NCBI GenBank assembly: GCA_052389415.1
Contig: JBQTHX010000027.1
Coordinates: 1-34,899 of the forward strand
DNA from: Nitrosopumilaceae archaeon
Lineage (GTDB): Archaea; Thermoproteota; Nitrososphaeria; Nitrososphaerales; Nitrosopumilaceae
Reading direction: 5' to 3'
Length of the DNA: 34,899 nucleotides
The position numbers and the translations under genes were made by a program. The notes under the pieces are model-generated. The model saw nothing but the letters and a program-made list of their open reading frames with translations. It had not been told where the DNA came from and made no database searches. Positions 15,515 through 24,829 of the stretch are shown here, one piece after another; positions within the stretch are counted from its first letter, which is position 1; each line of letters begins with the position of its first letter.

Positions 15515-16504
15515 TTGAAAAAAAGTGCAGTGCTGCTAACTCTGTTAATCATATCCATCAACTTGTTTCCTGCACATGCAGAATCTCTTCAATTATTCAC
15601 ATCAAAGGAAGTATATTCAGAAGGACAACCATTGCTTGTTTATGGAAAAGCTCTTCCTAATGACGATCTAATTCTAAAATTATCTGCTCCAGATGATACC
15701 ATTGCCAAATTTGATCAAATTGCAGCTGATGCAAATGGTGAATTTGTGCATGTATTACTTACATGGCCAGATCCATCTACAACATTTCCTTATGGAACGT
15801 ATGCATTAGAAGTAATTTCAAACCAAGAAAAAGGATTCACACAAAAAATAGATCTAAAATTTGCTCCATCATCTGAACTTGTTCAAGTCCCAATACAAAG
15901 GAATGTAAACACGCTTGTCTTTGCTCCGCAGACAGCTGCAGTGAATGTTCCTATTAGGATATTTGTGCAAACAACAAGTGATGGGACACTAGTTGCTGGT
16001 TCTCCTGAAAAACTTTTGGGAACCTCACATGTACACTTGCCTACAGGTGAGGTAGCGAGCTTGGGACTATTGTTTAAAACTCTCCATCAAGGAATCTATT
16101 TTGCGGATTATGTCCCAACTCAGGAAGGAACATATGTATTTCACATAGTTTCATTCAATCAGGGAACGGTGTCCAATGGCTCTGCTGCAACTGTTGTTTT
16201 AAAACAGGACATTGAAGGCATATCTAATCAAATTTTACAGCTAAATTCAGTCCTCCGTTCTACCTCAGATGAATTACAGAAACTAAAAAATGAAACTAAA
16301 GAATTTGGAACGACGCTTGAAAAAAGCCAATTCTCCTTAATTGAAACTAATAAAAATATAGATAATAACATGAATCTAATATCTAGCTCAGTAAAGAACA
16401 TAGAAGAAGCATCAGGACAATTCAATTCATTGTTTCTACCAATTGTTGCGTTAATTGCAGTGATTATTGCTTTACAAATAACAATTCTTGCTAGAAGAAG
16501 ATAG
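15515..16504 (+). CDS. Cell-surface protein: signal peptide, Ig-like domains, coiled-coil stalk, C-terminal TM anchor
   Basis: MKK + hydrophobic core + PAHA signal, two beta-rich domains (GTYALEV, EGTYVFHI), a heptad region at about aa 232-305, then TM + RRR. Confidence 0.75.
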   Translation: MKKSAVLLTLLIISINLFPAHAESLQLFTSKEVYSEGQPLLVYGKALPNDDLILKLSAPDDTIAKFDQIAADANGEFVHVLLTWPDPSTTFPYGTYALEVISNQEKGFTQKIDLKFAPSSELVQVPIQRNVNTLVFAPQTAAVNVPIRIFVQTTSDGTLVAGSPEKLLGTSHVHLPTGEVASLGLLFKTLHQGIYFADYVPTQEGTYVFHIVSFNQGTVSNGSAATVVLKQDIEGISNQILQLNSVLRSTSDELQKLKNETKEFGTTLEKSQFSLIETNKNIDNNMNLISSSVKNIEEASGQFNSLFLPIVALIAVIIALQITILARRR

Positions 16505-16535
16505 CTATAATAGACAAAGAATGGATTTCCCTACT

Positions 16536-19500
16536 ATGCCAAAATTGGCATTTTTTTTAATTCTCATTTTACTAGCCTCAACATTTACAAAATCTTCTTT
16601 TGGTTTCTATGACGTTGATCTTGTACAATCAACTCCACAACTGAACATTGAAAGCTCTGATATTATCAAAATCCTTTCCCCTACTACAGAGAATCAGATC
16701 AAAAGGTACATTGTATTTGGTTCTGGTTCGATTTCTGATGTAAAGTCATTTGCTGAAAATTTGGTATATGGAATAAGTTCTCATAAAGGATTTTTCTCAG
16801 TTGGTACTTTCTATCAAAATAATATTTCTGAACTAGAATCAAAAGGATATAAAATTATAGAAGATTTCCAGCTAGAATTTGATTCTGAACAAAAATCAAC
16901 TGAAAATGAAACTATGGATGGATCAAGAATTGGTTTGATTACTGGTTCTGAGGAGGTTTTTAGAAAGTTTGGTCTTGATGGTAAAGGCGTAACCATAGGA
17001 ATCGTAGATACAGGGACAGACTTTTCAAATCCAGATGTGAGAGAGTCACTTGCACGAGACCAAAATAATCATCCCATTATGATTGATGCAGACGGACAAG
17101 GACTAGTTCTTACAAATTCTACTTTTATTGCTAACATAAACCATAAAGGTGTAATAACAAATTATACAAAACCTATTCCAAAAAACATCACTTCATCAGT
17201 ATATGTAAATTCAGATGGAGTATTTCTTAATCTGGCAAAAAAAGGTAATGGTACTTCAGTTTTGGTTTTCAACTCACTCTTTCCTTCTGGAGGAGCTCCT
17301 GTACTAAACGGTACTGTTTCAAATGATATGAAAATTGGCAAAAATAACAAGGATTATCTAGTTTCAAAAAGTGGAATTTATCATCTAGGAGTAATTTATC
17401 AAGGCACCTTACAAGGCACATCGACACGATTGCAACTTGTTCCAGTCCTTGTTTTGGATTCCACTACAGAGGGGATTTATGATACAGTTGTTCCAGATAT
17501 GTCCACGTCATGGATTGATTTCACGCGTCTTGAATCCAGTGATAACAAACCTCCAAAATATGATTTTGATTTTACTGATGAAGAACCGATTACTTTGGGA
17601 AGTGGAAAAGAATTTTTCTTGTATGATTCTGATAAAGATGGAAAATTCGATTATAGTTCAGGAACTCTAGGAGCCAGAGTGCTAGATGTTTATGGCGTAA
17701 TAAATAAACCGTCATTAATTGATCCTAAAATCAGGGCAACAAACGGCACGCTGTTGTTTCCAATTGATCCAAAAGGAAACTACATTGGCGTGATGTATGA
17801 CTTTCAAGGTCATGGGACATCTAGTGCTGCATCAATAACATCAAAAGGAATTGAAAAATATGACATTTACGGCAATTCAACAAAATATTCGCTTAAAGGC
17901 GTAGCACCGGGTGCAAAAATTGTTCCAATAAAGGCATTGTGGTTTGGTGATGCAGCGTATGCTTGGTTATGGGCCTCTGGATTCAATCAAAAAGACAATA
18001 ATTGGATATTTGCTGGAAAACCTAGAGTAGATATAATCTCAAATAGTTGGGGGGTTTCTAACTTTCCAACTCTACAATCTGTGCCTGGTCTTGATATTTT
18101 ATCTCTTGTATTAAGCACCCTTACAGTACCTGGTTCAATTGACAAGAATTATCCTGGGGTGCTTGTTGTAAGCAGCGCAGGAAATGCAGGCCATGGTTAT
18201 GGAACAATAGGGTTACCAAATGTAGCTCCGTATGGACTTAGTGTAGGGGCAACCACCAACAACGTCTATGTCGGACATGGTCCATTTAAGAATCAACCAA
18301 GGTTTGGGAACTCTAACATATCATCAAACGAGATTGTAGACTTTTCAAGTAGAGGACCTGGTATTATAGGTGATCCAAAACCCGACATTATGAGTATTGG
18401 TGCATACAGCTTTACACCTTCTAGTATTACAAAAAAGATCAAAAATGCCACAGATCCTTACACTATGTTTGGCGGTACAAGTCTTGCAGGACCGCTTGTG
18501 TCAGGCTCTGCAGCAATAATTATGGAAAGCATGAAACAACAAGACAAAAAATATGATCCATTCCAACTCAAAAATATTTTATTATCTACTGCTACTGACT
18601 TGGAAAATGATCCATTCACACAGGGAACGGGAATTGTGAATATAGAAAATGCAGTAAATTTTGTAAATGGAAAGACTGGCACCTTTATTGTATACAACAA
18701 CGCATCCTATGCTAATATAAAAAAAATCCTAGATGTGCCAATAAACATGGTGAATTCATCCTCATTTGGCATAGAAAATCTTCATCTAAGTAATTCATCA
18801 TTACCCATGACTCCTTGGTTTGGAGGTAGATTACTACCAGGTGAGAGAACTTTTGCCGCTTTTACAATTGAGAATCCCACAAATAAGACCCTTGACATTA
18901 CAATAAAACCACAAAGCCTAGAACTCGTTAATAAATATCAATACAACGGCACGACAGAAGTGAGACTACAAGATCCTCTCATAAACAAATCTGGCATTTT
19001 CAGACCTAATTATGTCCATCTTGAGAAAATTATTAGAGACGCAGATGCAACCATGTTTGAAAAAAAGAAATCGCTGCCAAGTGATTCCTCACTAATGATT
19101 CTAAATCTAAATTTTCCCTTTGATAATTTTATGAACAAAACAGAAAAGATCTATGCAAATGACATGAAAATTTCATCGTTATATCTATACGATTGGAATG
19201 ATAAAAACAACGACACTGCAGTAACACATGATGAACTCTCTATGGTAAATCGTGGAGGTTCATGGGGAACAGTACAGGAGCTAAGAATCTCAGAACCAAA
19301 CTCAAAATTTAATAATGTTCCACTAGTCGGTGTTTATCCGGTCCCAACAAAATACTCCTACTGGATTGGTGATACCAAGAAAAACTCTACATCGATGGAT
19401 TATACGATTACAACAAGCTTTTACAAAAAGGAACTCTGGGAATCCATCTGGGTAAACTATGATCATATCCAAATACAACCAAATAGCTCATCTGATCTAA

Positions 19501-20759
19501 TTGCAACAATAATTGCACCACAAGATTCTCAACCAGGAATTTATCAAGGCTTTCTCACTTTTCAAGGAGATCTACACGAAGTAAATGTGCCTGTCTCTTA
19601 TGCTGTAATGAAGAATGTTATAGAAAAGGATCTACCAACGGTAATAGGCGGTTCGCAAAAAGAAGACACACTTTATGGTAATGGGTTCATTACCGGTGCA
19701 TTTGATATGACAAATAGATACAACGCAGGTGATTGGCGACAATATCATTTTGATGTAAAAGACTATACAATTAATTCTGTAGCCTTTGATATTTCTTGGG
19801 AAAACAAAAACACAAATCTTTCTGTTTTTGTAATCGATCCTGCAGGAAGAATTGTACAGACAAATGTTCCACCAGGTGTTCTAGGTCATTTTCAGGGATG
19901 GCCTACTGGGGATTGGCTTGGTATTAGTCCATTTAGTGAAGGAGGAGGATTCTTTCCAATTAAAAACAAGGATGATACATCTACAGTTCTATACGCTCCA
20001 ATCAACCAAACAGGAACATATTCTCTTTTGATGCATTCTACCCTCTTTGAAGGAAAATCTCTTTCAGAACCAATCACAGTTGCTGCCAAGTTTTCTACAA
20101 TCTTACCAGACGAAAAAGTTCCACAAATATTGTTTATAATTCCTGAATTCATTAACAGTACATACAAAATTCAACCAGAAATCATAGAGGAAAATATTGG
20201 TTCTATTCGATATTTCCTTGACGAGAACGAAATTCAAATAAATTCTGAATCAAACATTCCATCAGAATTCTTAACTGAAGGTACACATACCATGAAAGTA
20301 ATTGTAACCGACACAGTAGGGCATAGTACAGAAGAAACTGTTAAATTCAAAGTTGATAATAAACCTCCAGAACTTTTCATCAAATCTCCGATAAACGGTT
20401 CAACTGTCTCAAACATTATCCCCATAGATGTTGACATTTCTGATGAGAATCTGCCAAACTCTGGAGGAATTAAAATGATACTTCCAAACGGTATACATGT
20501 AAATGAAAAATTTATCCAATTTGATACAACTACGATAGAAAATGGAGAATACGATCTCAATATTTCAGCAAGTGATTTAGCAGGAAATGAAATTTCTAAA
20601 AAAATTATAATAAACATAGAAAATAGACCACTCTTTGAAACTCCTCAAGTTACTTCAGATCAGAACATCGTTTTACTACAGGGAATAATTATTGGAATAG
20701 CAATTGCAACTGCCAGCATAATAATAATGACAAAAACCAAAATTTACAAGAAACACTAG
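16536..20759 (+). CDS. Large membrane-anchored S8 (subtilisin/pyrolysin-like) serine peptidase
   Basis: Catalytic IVDTG, GHGT, SAGNAG (oxyanion Asn) and GGTSLAGP motifs. Signal peptide from ATG 16536, C-terminal Ig-like repeats (VD..PP, A.DLAGN) and TM + basic tail. Confidence 0.92.
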   Translation: MPKLAFFLILILLASTFTKSSFGFYDVDLVQSTPQLNIESSDIIKILSPTTENQIKRYIVFGSGSISDVKSFAENLVYGISSHKGFFSVGTFYQNNISELESKGYKIIEDFQLEFDSEQKSTENETMDGSRIGLITGSEEVFRKFGLDGKGVTIGIVDTGTDFSNPDVRESLARDQNNHPIMIDADGQGLVLTNSTFIANINHKGVITNYTKPIPKNITSSVYVNSDGVFLNLAKKGNGTSVLVFNSLFPSGGAPVLNGTVSNDMKIGKNNKDYLVSKSGIYHLGVIYQGTLQGTSTRLQLVPVLVLDSTTEGIYDTVVPDMSTSWIDFTRLESSDNKPPKYDFDFTDEEPITLGSGKEFFLYDSDKDGKFDYSSGTLGARVLDVYGVINKPSLIDPKIRATNGTLLFPIDPKGNYIGVMYDFQGHGTSSAASITSKGIEKYDIYGNSTKYSLKGVAPGAKIVPIKALWFGDAAYAWLWASGFNQKDNNWIFAGKPRVDIISNSWGVSNFPTLQSVPGLDILSLVLSTLTVPGSIDKNYPGVLVVSSAGNAGHGYGTIGLPNVAPYGLSVGATTNNVYVGHGPFKNQPRFGNSNISSNEIVDFSSRGPGIIGDPKPDIMSIGAYSFTPSSITKKIKNATDPYTMFGGTSLAGPLVSGSAAIIMESMKQQDKKYDPFQLKNILLSTATDLENDPFTQGTGIVNIENAVNFVNGKTGTFIVYNNASYANIKKILDVPINMVNSSSFGIENLHLSNSSLPMTPWFGGRLLPGERTFAAFTIENPTNKTLDITIKPQSLELVNKYQYNGTTEVRLQDPLINKSGIFRPNYVHLEKIIRDADATMFEKKKSLPSDSSLMILNLNFPFDNFMNKTEKIYANDMKISSLYLYDWNDKNNDTAVTHDELSMVNRGGSWGTVQELRISEPNSKFNNVPLVGVYPVPTKYSYWIGDTKKNSTSMDYTITTSFYKKELWESIWVNYDHIQIQPNSSSDLIATIIAPQDSQPGIYQGFLTFQGDLHEVNVPVSYAVMKNVIEKDLPTVIGGSQKEDTLYGNGFITGAFDMTNRYNAGDWRQYHFDVKDYTINSVAFDISWENKNTNLSVFVIDPAGRIVQTNVPPGVLGHFQGWPTGDWLGISPFSEGGGFFPIKNKDDTSTVLYAPINQTGTYSLLMHSTLFEGKSLSEPITVAAKFSTILPDEKVPQILFIIPEFINSTYKIQPEIIEENIGSIRYFLDENEIQINSESNIPSEFLTEGTHTMKVIVTDTVGHSTEETVKFKVDNKPPELFIKSPINGSTVSNIIPIDVDISDENLPNSGGIKMILPNGIHVNEKFIQFDTTTIENGEYDLNISASDLAGNEISKKIIINIENRPLFETPQVTSDQNIVLLQGIIIGIAIATASIIIMTKTKIYKKH

Positions 20760-20799
20760 AACAAGGTTTATATGCAAATTTTCAAAAACGAAAGCTTGC

Positions 20800-21411
20800 A
20801 TGCCTGAACAGGATTCTGGTTCCAAGAGTAATCTGTCCAGACGAGATTTTCTAAAACTATTGGGTGCTGCTGGAACAGGACTTGCATTCACTCCATATGT
20901 TCCATGGGGAAATTTTATGCCAAATCCAGACACTGCCTCACTGGATAAGGCAAAAGTGATACTACCTGATGGTACTCATGCAAATGTCAACACCTACCCG
21001 ATAAACCACGCTGAAGTGATTACATATCCAAAGACAGGAGATGAAGTACTTGATGAGGAAGCTTTTAGAAAATGGCAATTTATCAGACTCCCATCAGAAC
21101 TTGGCGGTGATTCAAATGATGCTAATGCGTTTCGTGCTTATAGTATGGTATGTTTGCATCTTTGGTGCTTGTGGAAATACTGGCCTGAAGAAAAAAGAAA
21201 GAGAGGCGAATGTCCATGTCATGGAAGCATGTATGATCCCATTACAGGGACAGCATTTGTAGGACCAGCTTCGTTACAAGCTCCTCCGTCAAATACGCTT
21301 GCTAGACTAACACTTGAAACCGATTCCGATGGGTTCTTATGGATTTCTCCGCCAAAATGGAATGTTAATGAGAATGGGGTTGTAGGATATGGTCGCTTCG
21401 TCAAGTCGTAG
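20800..21411 (+). CDS. Rieske [2Fe-2S] subunit of the cytochrome bc complex, Tat-exported
   Basis: Twin-arginine signal SRRDFLK and Rieske boxes CLHLWC and CPCHGS.Y. Confidence 0.95.
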   Translation: MPEQDSGSKSNLSRRDFLKLLGAAGTGLAFTPYVPWGNFMPNPDTASLDKAKVILPDGTHANVNTYPINHAEVITYPKTGDEVLDEEAFRKWQFIRLPSELGGDSNDANAFRAYSMVCLHLWCLWKYWPEEKRKRGECPCHGSMYDPITGTAFVGPASLQAPPSNTLARLTLETDSDGFLWISPPKWNVNENGVVGYGRFVKS

Positions 21412-22945
21412 AAACGGTCTTGTAGACTTTTTTTATTGGATATGGGATGGGTTAGATAGAACTGTATTCATAGGTACAAAATTTTCTTTTCCAGCTAGAT
21501 TTGTAAGTCCATTTGGATTTCTTGGGATGCTGACTTTTGTAGTTTTCATAATTCTGGGAATATCTGGTGCTTTGTTGATGTTCTATTATGAACCAATACT
21601 AACTAGAGCATGGGACAGTGTAGAAAAAATAAACAACGATGTTCCATTTGGTTTCCATATTAGAAATATACATTATCACGCTTCAAACGCAATGGTACTT
21701 TTGGCAATTCTTCACATGTATTATCAGTACTTTAGCGGTAGATACAAAATTCGAAACGAAATTTTGTGGGTCACAGGAGTCATACTTGGAACAGTAACTA
21801 TCCTTGAAGCGTTTACGGGTTATGATATTATTTTTAGTGAACGTGCGGAACTTGCAATCAGTATAGCTGCCTCACTTACTAACTCTATTCCAATTGCGGG
21901 GCCGACAATACGCGATGCCATGTTTGGCAGCGGATTTCATGATTTTGTTCTAAGATTTTATGCACAACACGTCTTTATTCTTCCAATAGTAATGCTTGGA
22001 TTGATGGCCGTTCATATGCCTAGATTTCTGGTATTTGATGTACCAATGGTAATGGCAATCTCTGGTGCCATTCTAATCACTGGTGGTGTCTTTCCAGTTG
22101 ACATGGGTTTCAAATTCGAACCGACAGTACCGCCAGGCATCACTGTTCCCGAATGGTATCTTACAGGATTGTATGCATTTCTTAGAACGCAATATGACAA
22201 GTTTGTAACTGGTGTACTATGGCCTGGACTGTTTATTCTAGCAATACTCATAGTGCCTTTCATTGACAGATACAAGAAATTCTCATGGAAAGATAGACCA
22301 ATGATTACTGCATTTGGAATTACTGGCATTGCGCAAATTATAGTTACAACATACTGGGGATTCTATATCTCACCAGATACTAATATGCCTCTAGTGCAAA
22401 GGCTTGTTATCGATCCAATCTTGTTCTACTCTGTAATGATTCTACTTGTTCCCCTTGGATTTGGATTTTCATACATGATGATAAAGATGTCAAAGGAGGC
22501 AGAAAGAAAAGCAAAGCTTGCTGCATCAAAGGGACCACAAAAAGTAGCGCAAATTAATCTGTCTGGAAAGTGGATAAACTGGCTGATAATTGCACTATTA
22601 GGATTCCAAGTCTATCTTAATATCGCAGCATACAACGCAGCTCTATCTGGTATGAACAACTTTTCACTCTTCCTTACTGGTGTTATTACATTGGTCTTTG
22701 CAGGAATGTTTCATCTTTACAGGTATGGTATGAATGAAGCAAAGAAAATTCCAACTCCTCCTCCTGCGATAGAAAAAGAAATTCCAAAACCGATTGGAGT
22801 TGAGCCTGGTACTGCAAAAATTCCGGAAAAGGAAAAATCTCCAGAACCAAAACTAGATTCTAAGGAAGTTGTTCCTGAAATAAAAACAGTTTCTACTACA
22901 ACTGAAGATTTCACAAACAAAACATCAGATCTGAAAAAGCTTTAA
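21389..22945 (+). CDS. petB: Cytochrome b subunit of the cytochrome bc complex, with C-terminal extension
   Basis: Heme ligand pairs RNIHYHASNAMVLLAILH and QHVFILPIVMLGLMAVH, a PEWY Qo motif, extra TM helices and a Pro/Lys/Glu-rich tail. Confidence 0.95.
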   Translation: MVASSSRRNGLVDFFYWIWDGLDRTVFIGTKFSFPARFVSPFGFLGMLTFVVFIILGISGALLMFYYEPILTRAWDSVEKINNDVPFGFHIRNIHYHASNAMVLLAILHMYYQYFSGRYKIRNEILWVTGVILGTVTILEAFTGYDIIFSERAELAISIAASLTNSIPIAGPTIRDAMFGSGFHDFVLRFYAQHVFILPIVMLGLMAVHMPRFLVFDVPMVMAISGAILITGGVFPVDMGFKFEPTVPPGITVPEWYLTGLYAFLRTQYDKFVTGVLWPGLFILAILIVPFIDRYKKFSWKDRPMITAFGITGIAQIIVTTYWGFYISPDTNMPLVQRLVIDPILFYSVMILLVPLGFGFSYMMIKMSKEAERKAKLAASKGPQKVAQINLSGKWINWLIIALLGFQVYLNIAAYNAALSGMNNFSLFLTGVITLVFAGMFHLYRYGMNEAKKIPTPPPAIEKEIPKPIGVEPGTAKIPEKEKSPEPKLDSKEVVPEIKTVSTTTEDFTNKTSDLKKL

Positions 22946-23002
22946 TTTTTTCCACAAATTTTCAAATAGCTTTATAAGAGAACTAAATACCAACAGGATT
23001 TA

Positions 23003-23476
23003 TTGAGTAAACCAACCTCAAGTCATGCATATGGCATAGGAATAATTGCAATGATTGTTGGACTGGCAATAGGCATTTCATATTATCAACTTTATTACCT
23101 CCCAGAGTTTAACGCAAAACCAAAAATTGCTGAAGCGATTCTTAACCCAAAAGAAGAAACCATAATAAATATGATAAAAGGTTCTGACAGTCCGGAACAA
23201 CAAGATAACTTTGTTCCAAAATTAGTCAATATTCAACTTGAAATTGATAATAAAGTAATTTGGGAAAACGTAGATGAAACTCCACATACTGTTACACCTG
23301 ATTCTGGCCATGAATATACGGACAAGTATAGCGGAAAGTTTGGATCTGTTGGAGTAATAAAGCCAGGTGAAAAATATGAATTCCTATTCACAGCACCTGA
23401 GGTTGAAATAGACTATCATTGCGAACCTCATCCATGGATGACAGGTAAACTGATAATACAAAAGGCTAGATTCTAA
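23003..23476 (+). CDS. Membrane-anchored plastocyanin-like cupredoxin (type 1 copper)
   Basis: N-terminal TM helix; ligands in PHTVT and YHCEPHPWM (H, C, H, M). Confidence 0.92.
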   Translation: MSKPTSSHAYGIGIIAMIVGLAIGISYYQLYYLPEFNAKPKIAEAILNPKEETIINMIKGSDSPEQQDNFVPKLVNIQLEIDNKVIWENVDETPHTVTPDSGHEYTDKYSGKFGSVGVIKPGEKYEFLFTAPEVEIDYHCEPHPWMTGKLIIQKARF

Positions 23477-23823
23477 ACAATCAGTTTTGCAAACAATATG
23501 TCGCTTTCGATTTCCTTGTGTTCCTGAATTATTGAAACGCGAAACTTGACATCATGAGGCTCAGTAGGCATGAATTCTATCAAGGCTGTAAATTCTGCTT
23601 TATTCTCCGAGATGTTTTCCTTGCTAATGAATAATCTTGACAGATTTTGTGATATTGGTTTGCCGTTGTATGATTTGTAAACTATTAGCTGGTTTGAGTT
23701 TAAGATTTGCGTGTTGATAACAATGCCGTCATACCTTCCTTGATATCTAACATCTATCTTTCCCCTTATCTCACTATTTGGAATTATTTTCAGACTTTCT
23801 AACTTTAATTCCACTTCTTTCAT
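23473..23823 (-). CDS. Hypothetical beta-rich protein (116 aa)
   Basis: ATG-started ORF filling the gap between the cupredoxin and the tRNA; no recognised motif. Confidence 0.7.
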   Translation of the reverse strand: MKEVELKLESLKIIPNSEIRGKIDVRYQGRYDGIVINTQILNSNQLIVYKSYNGKPISQNLSRLFISKENISENKAEFTALIEFMPTEPHDVKFRVSIIQEHKEIESDILFAKLIV

Positions 23824-23869
23824 ATTCTATTCAACTATCGTTTTCAATAAATAAATTATGAATGTAAAG

Positions 23870-23944
23870 CGGGCCCGAAGGGCTTCGATCCCTTGACCAC
23901 TGGATTAGAAGTCCAGCACTCTATCCATGCTGAGCTACAGGCCC
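23870..23944 (-). tRNA. tRNA-Arg(UCU), intronless, CCA not encoded
   Basis: GGGCCTG TA GCTC AGCATGGATA GAGT G CTGGA CT-TCT-AA TCCAG TGGTC AAGGG ATCGAAG CCCTT CGGGCCC G folds as a full cloverleaf. Confidence 0.95.
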
Positions 23945-23979
23945 AAGAAGTTGGCTTGGGCTACCATATTAAGAGGTTT

Positions 23980-24828
23980 TTACAACCATTTTTTGTTGTT
24001 TAGCTCTCTTTCCATCTTGAAAAGAAATTGTTGTGAATAACCAGCAAATGGGCCAAAATGATTGACAATCTTCTCATGCACTGCTCCATATTTTTTTCGA
24101 GTAATTGATTTACCGATCGTTTCATCAAATAAATCAAAATAATACTTTCGTAAAATTCGTAGAGTCCATCTATCAATTGGAAATGCTTCGATTTTTTCAA
24201 GCGAAAATAACAGTATACAATCAGCAATCTTATCACCTATTCCATGCACTTGTAAAAGTCTGTCCTTTGCAGTTTGGTAATTAAATTTTTTTAAAGAATC
24301 AAAATCGATCCTTCCTGAAGCAACATCTTGTGATGCACTTTTTACGTATTTTGCTCTAAAACCCAATCCACATGATAATAGTTCTGAGATTCTACACTTG
24401 GCAAGTTTTTGAGCTGATGGAAAAGTATGAAATTCCTTATTATCAAAAATAATCTTTTTGCCAAACTTTCTTGTGATTTTTTTTAACATTTTTTTGATGT
24501 TTTGAATTGATGCGTTTGATGAACAAATAAACGAAATGTAGCACTGAAAAGGATCTTGTCGTAACAATCTCAAACCAGGAAAACGCAAAACTGCATCTTT
24601 TACAAATTTATCTTGCATAATGCTACTTAGAATTTTATCTATGTTGTCATCTTGTCTAAAAAAATTTGATACTTTTTTTTCTGAAGAAACAATCCTAAAT
24701 GGATCTTGTGTTATCTTAAAAATTTCAGAGCCGTTTATTCCAAACCATGAGCCATCGATTTTGTCCCAAAGAAAAACCTGTCCGCTATTAATGGTCGCAT
24801 CTACATCTATTTTTGTTAATTCTAGCAT
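23980..24828 (-). CDS. ogg1: 8-oxoguanine DNA glycosylase/AP lyase, OGG1-type HhH-GPD
   Basis: SGQVF.W, GLRLLRQDPF..ISFICSSN, GLGFRAKY, HhH VHGIGDKIADCILLF, FPID and AGY.QQ.LF. Start placed at ATG 24828, 1 nt after the stop of the upstream gene. Confidence 0.88.
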   Translation of the reverse strand: MLELTKIDVDATINSGQVFLWDKIDGSWFGINGSEIFKITQDPFRIVSSEKKVSNFFRQDDNIDKILSSIMQDKFVKDAVLRFPGLRLLRQDPFQCYISFICSSNASIQNIKKMLKKITRKFGKKIIFDNKEFHTFPSAQKLAKCRISELLSCGLGFRAKYVKSASQDVASGRIDFDSLKKFNYQTAKDRLLQVHGIGDKIADCILLFSLEKIEAFPIDRWTLRILRKYYFDLFDETIGKSITRKKYGAVHEKIVNHFGPFAGYSQQFLFKMERELNNKKWL

Positions 24829-24829
24829 C

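Noticed and set aside
15515-16504. Methyl-accepting chemotaxis protein
   Set aside because: The coiled coil is extracellular (between signal peptide and C-terminal TM) and lacks the MCP hairpin-tip signature.
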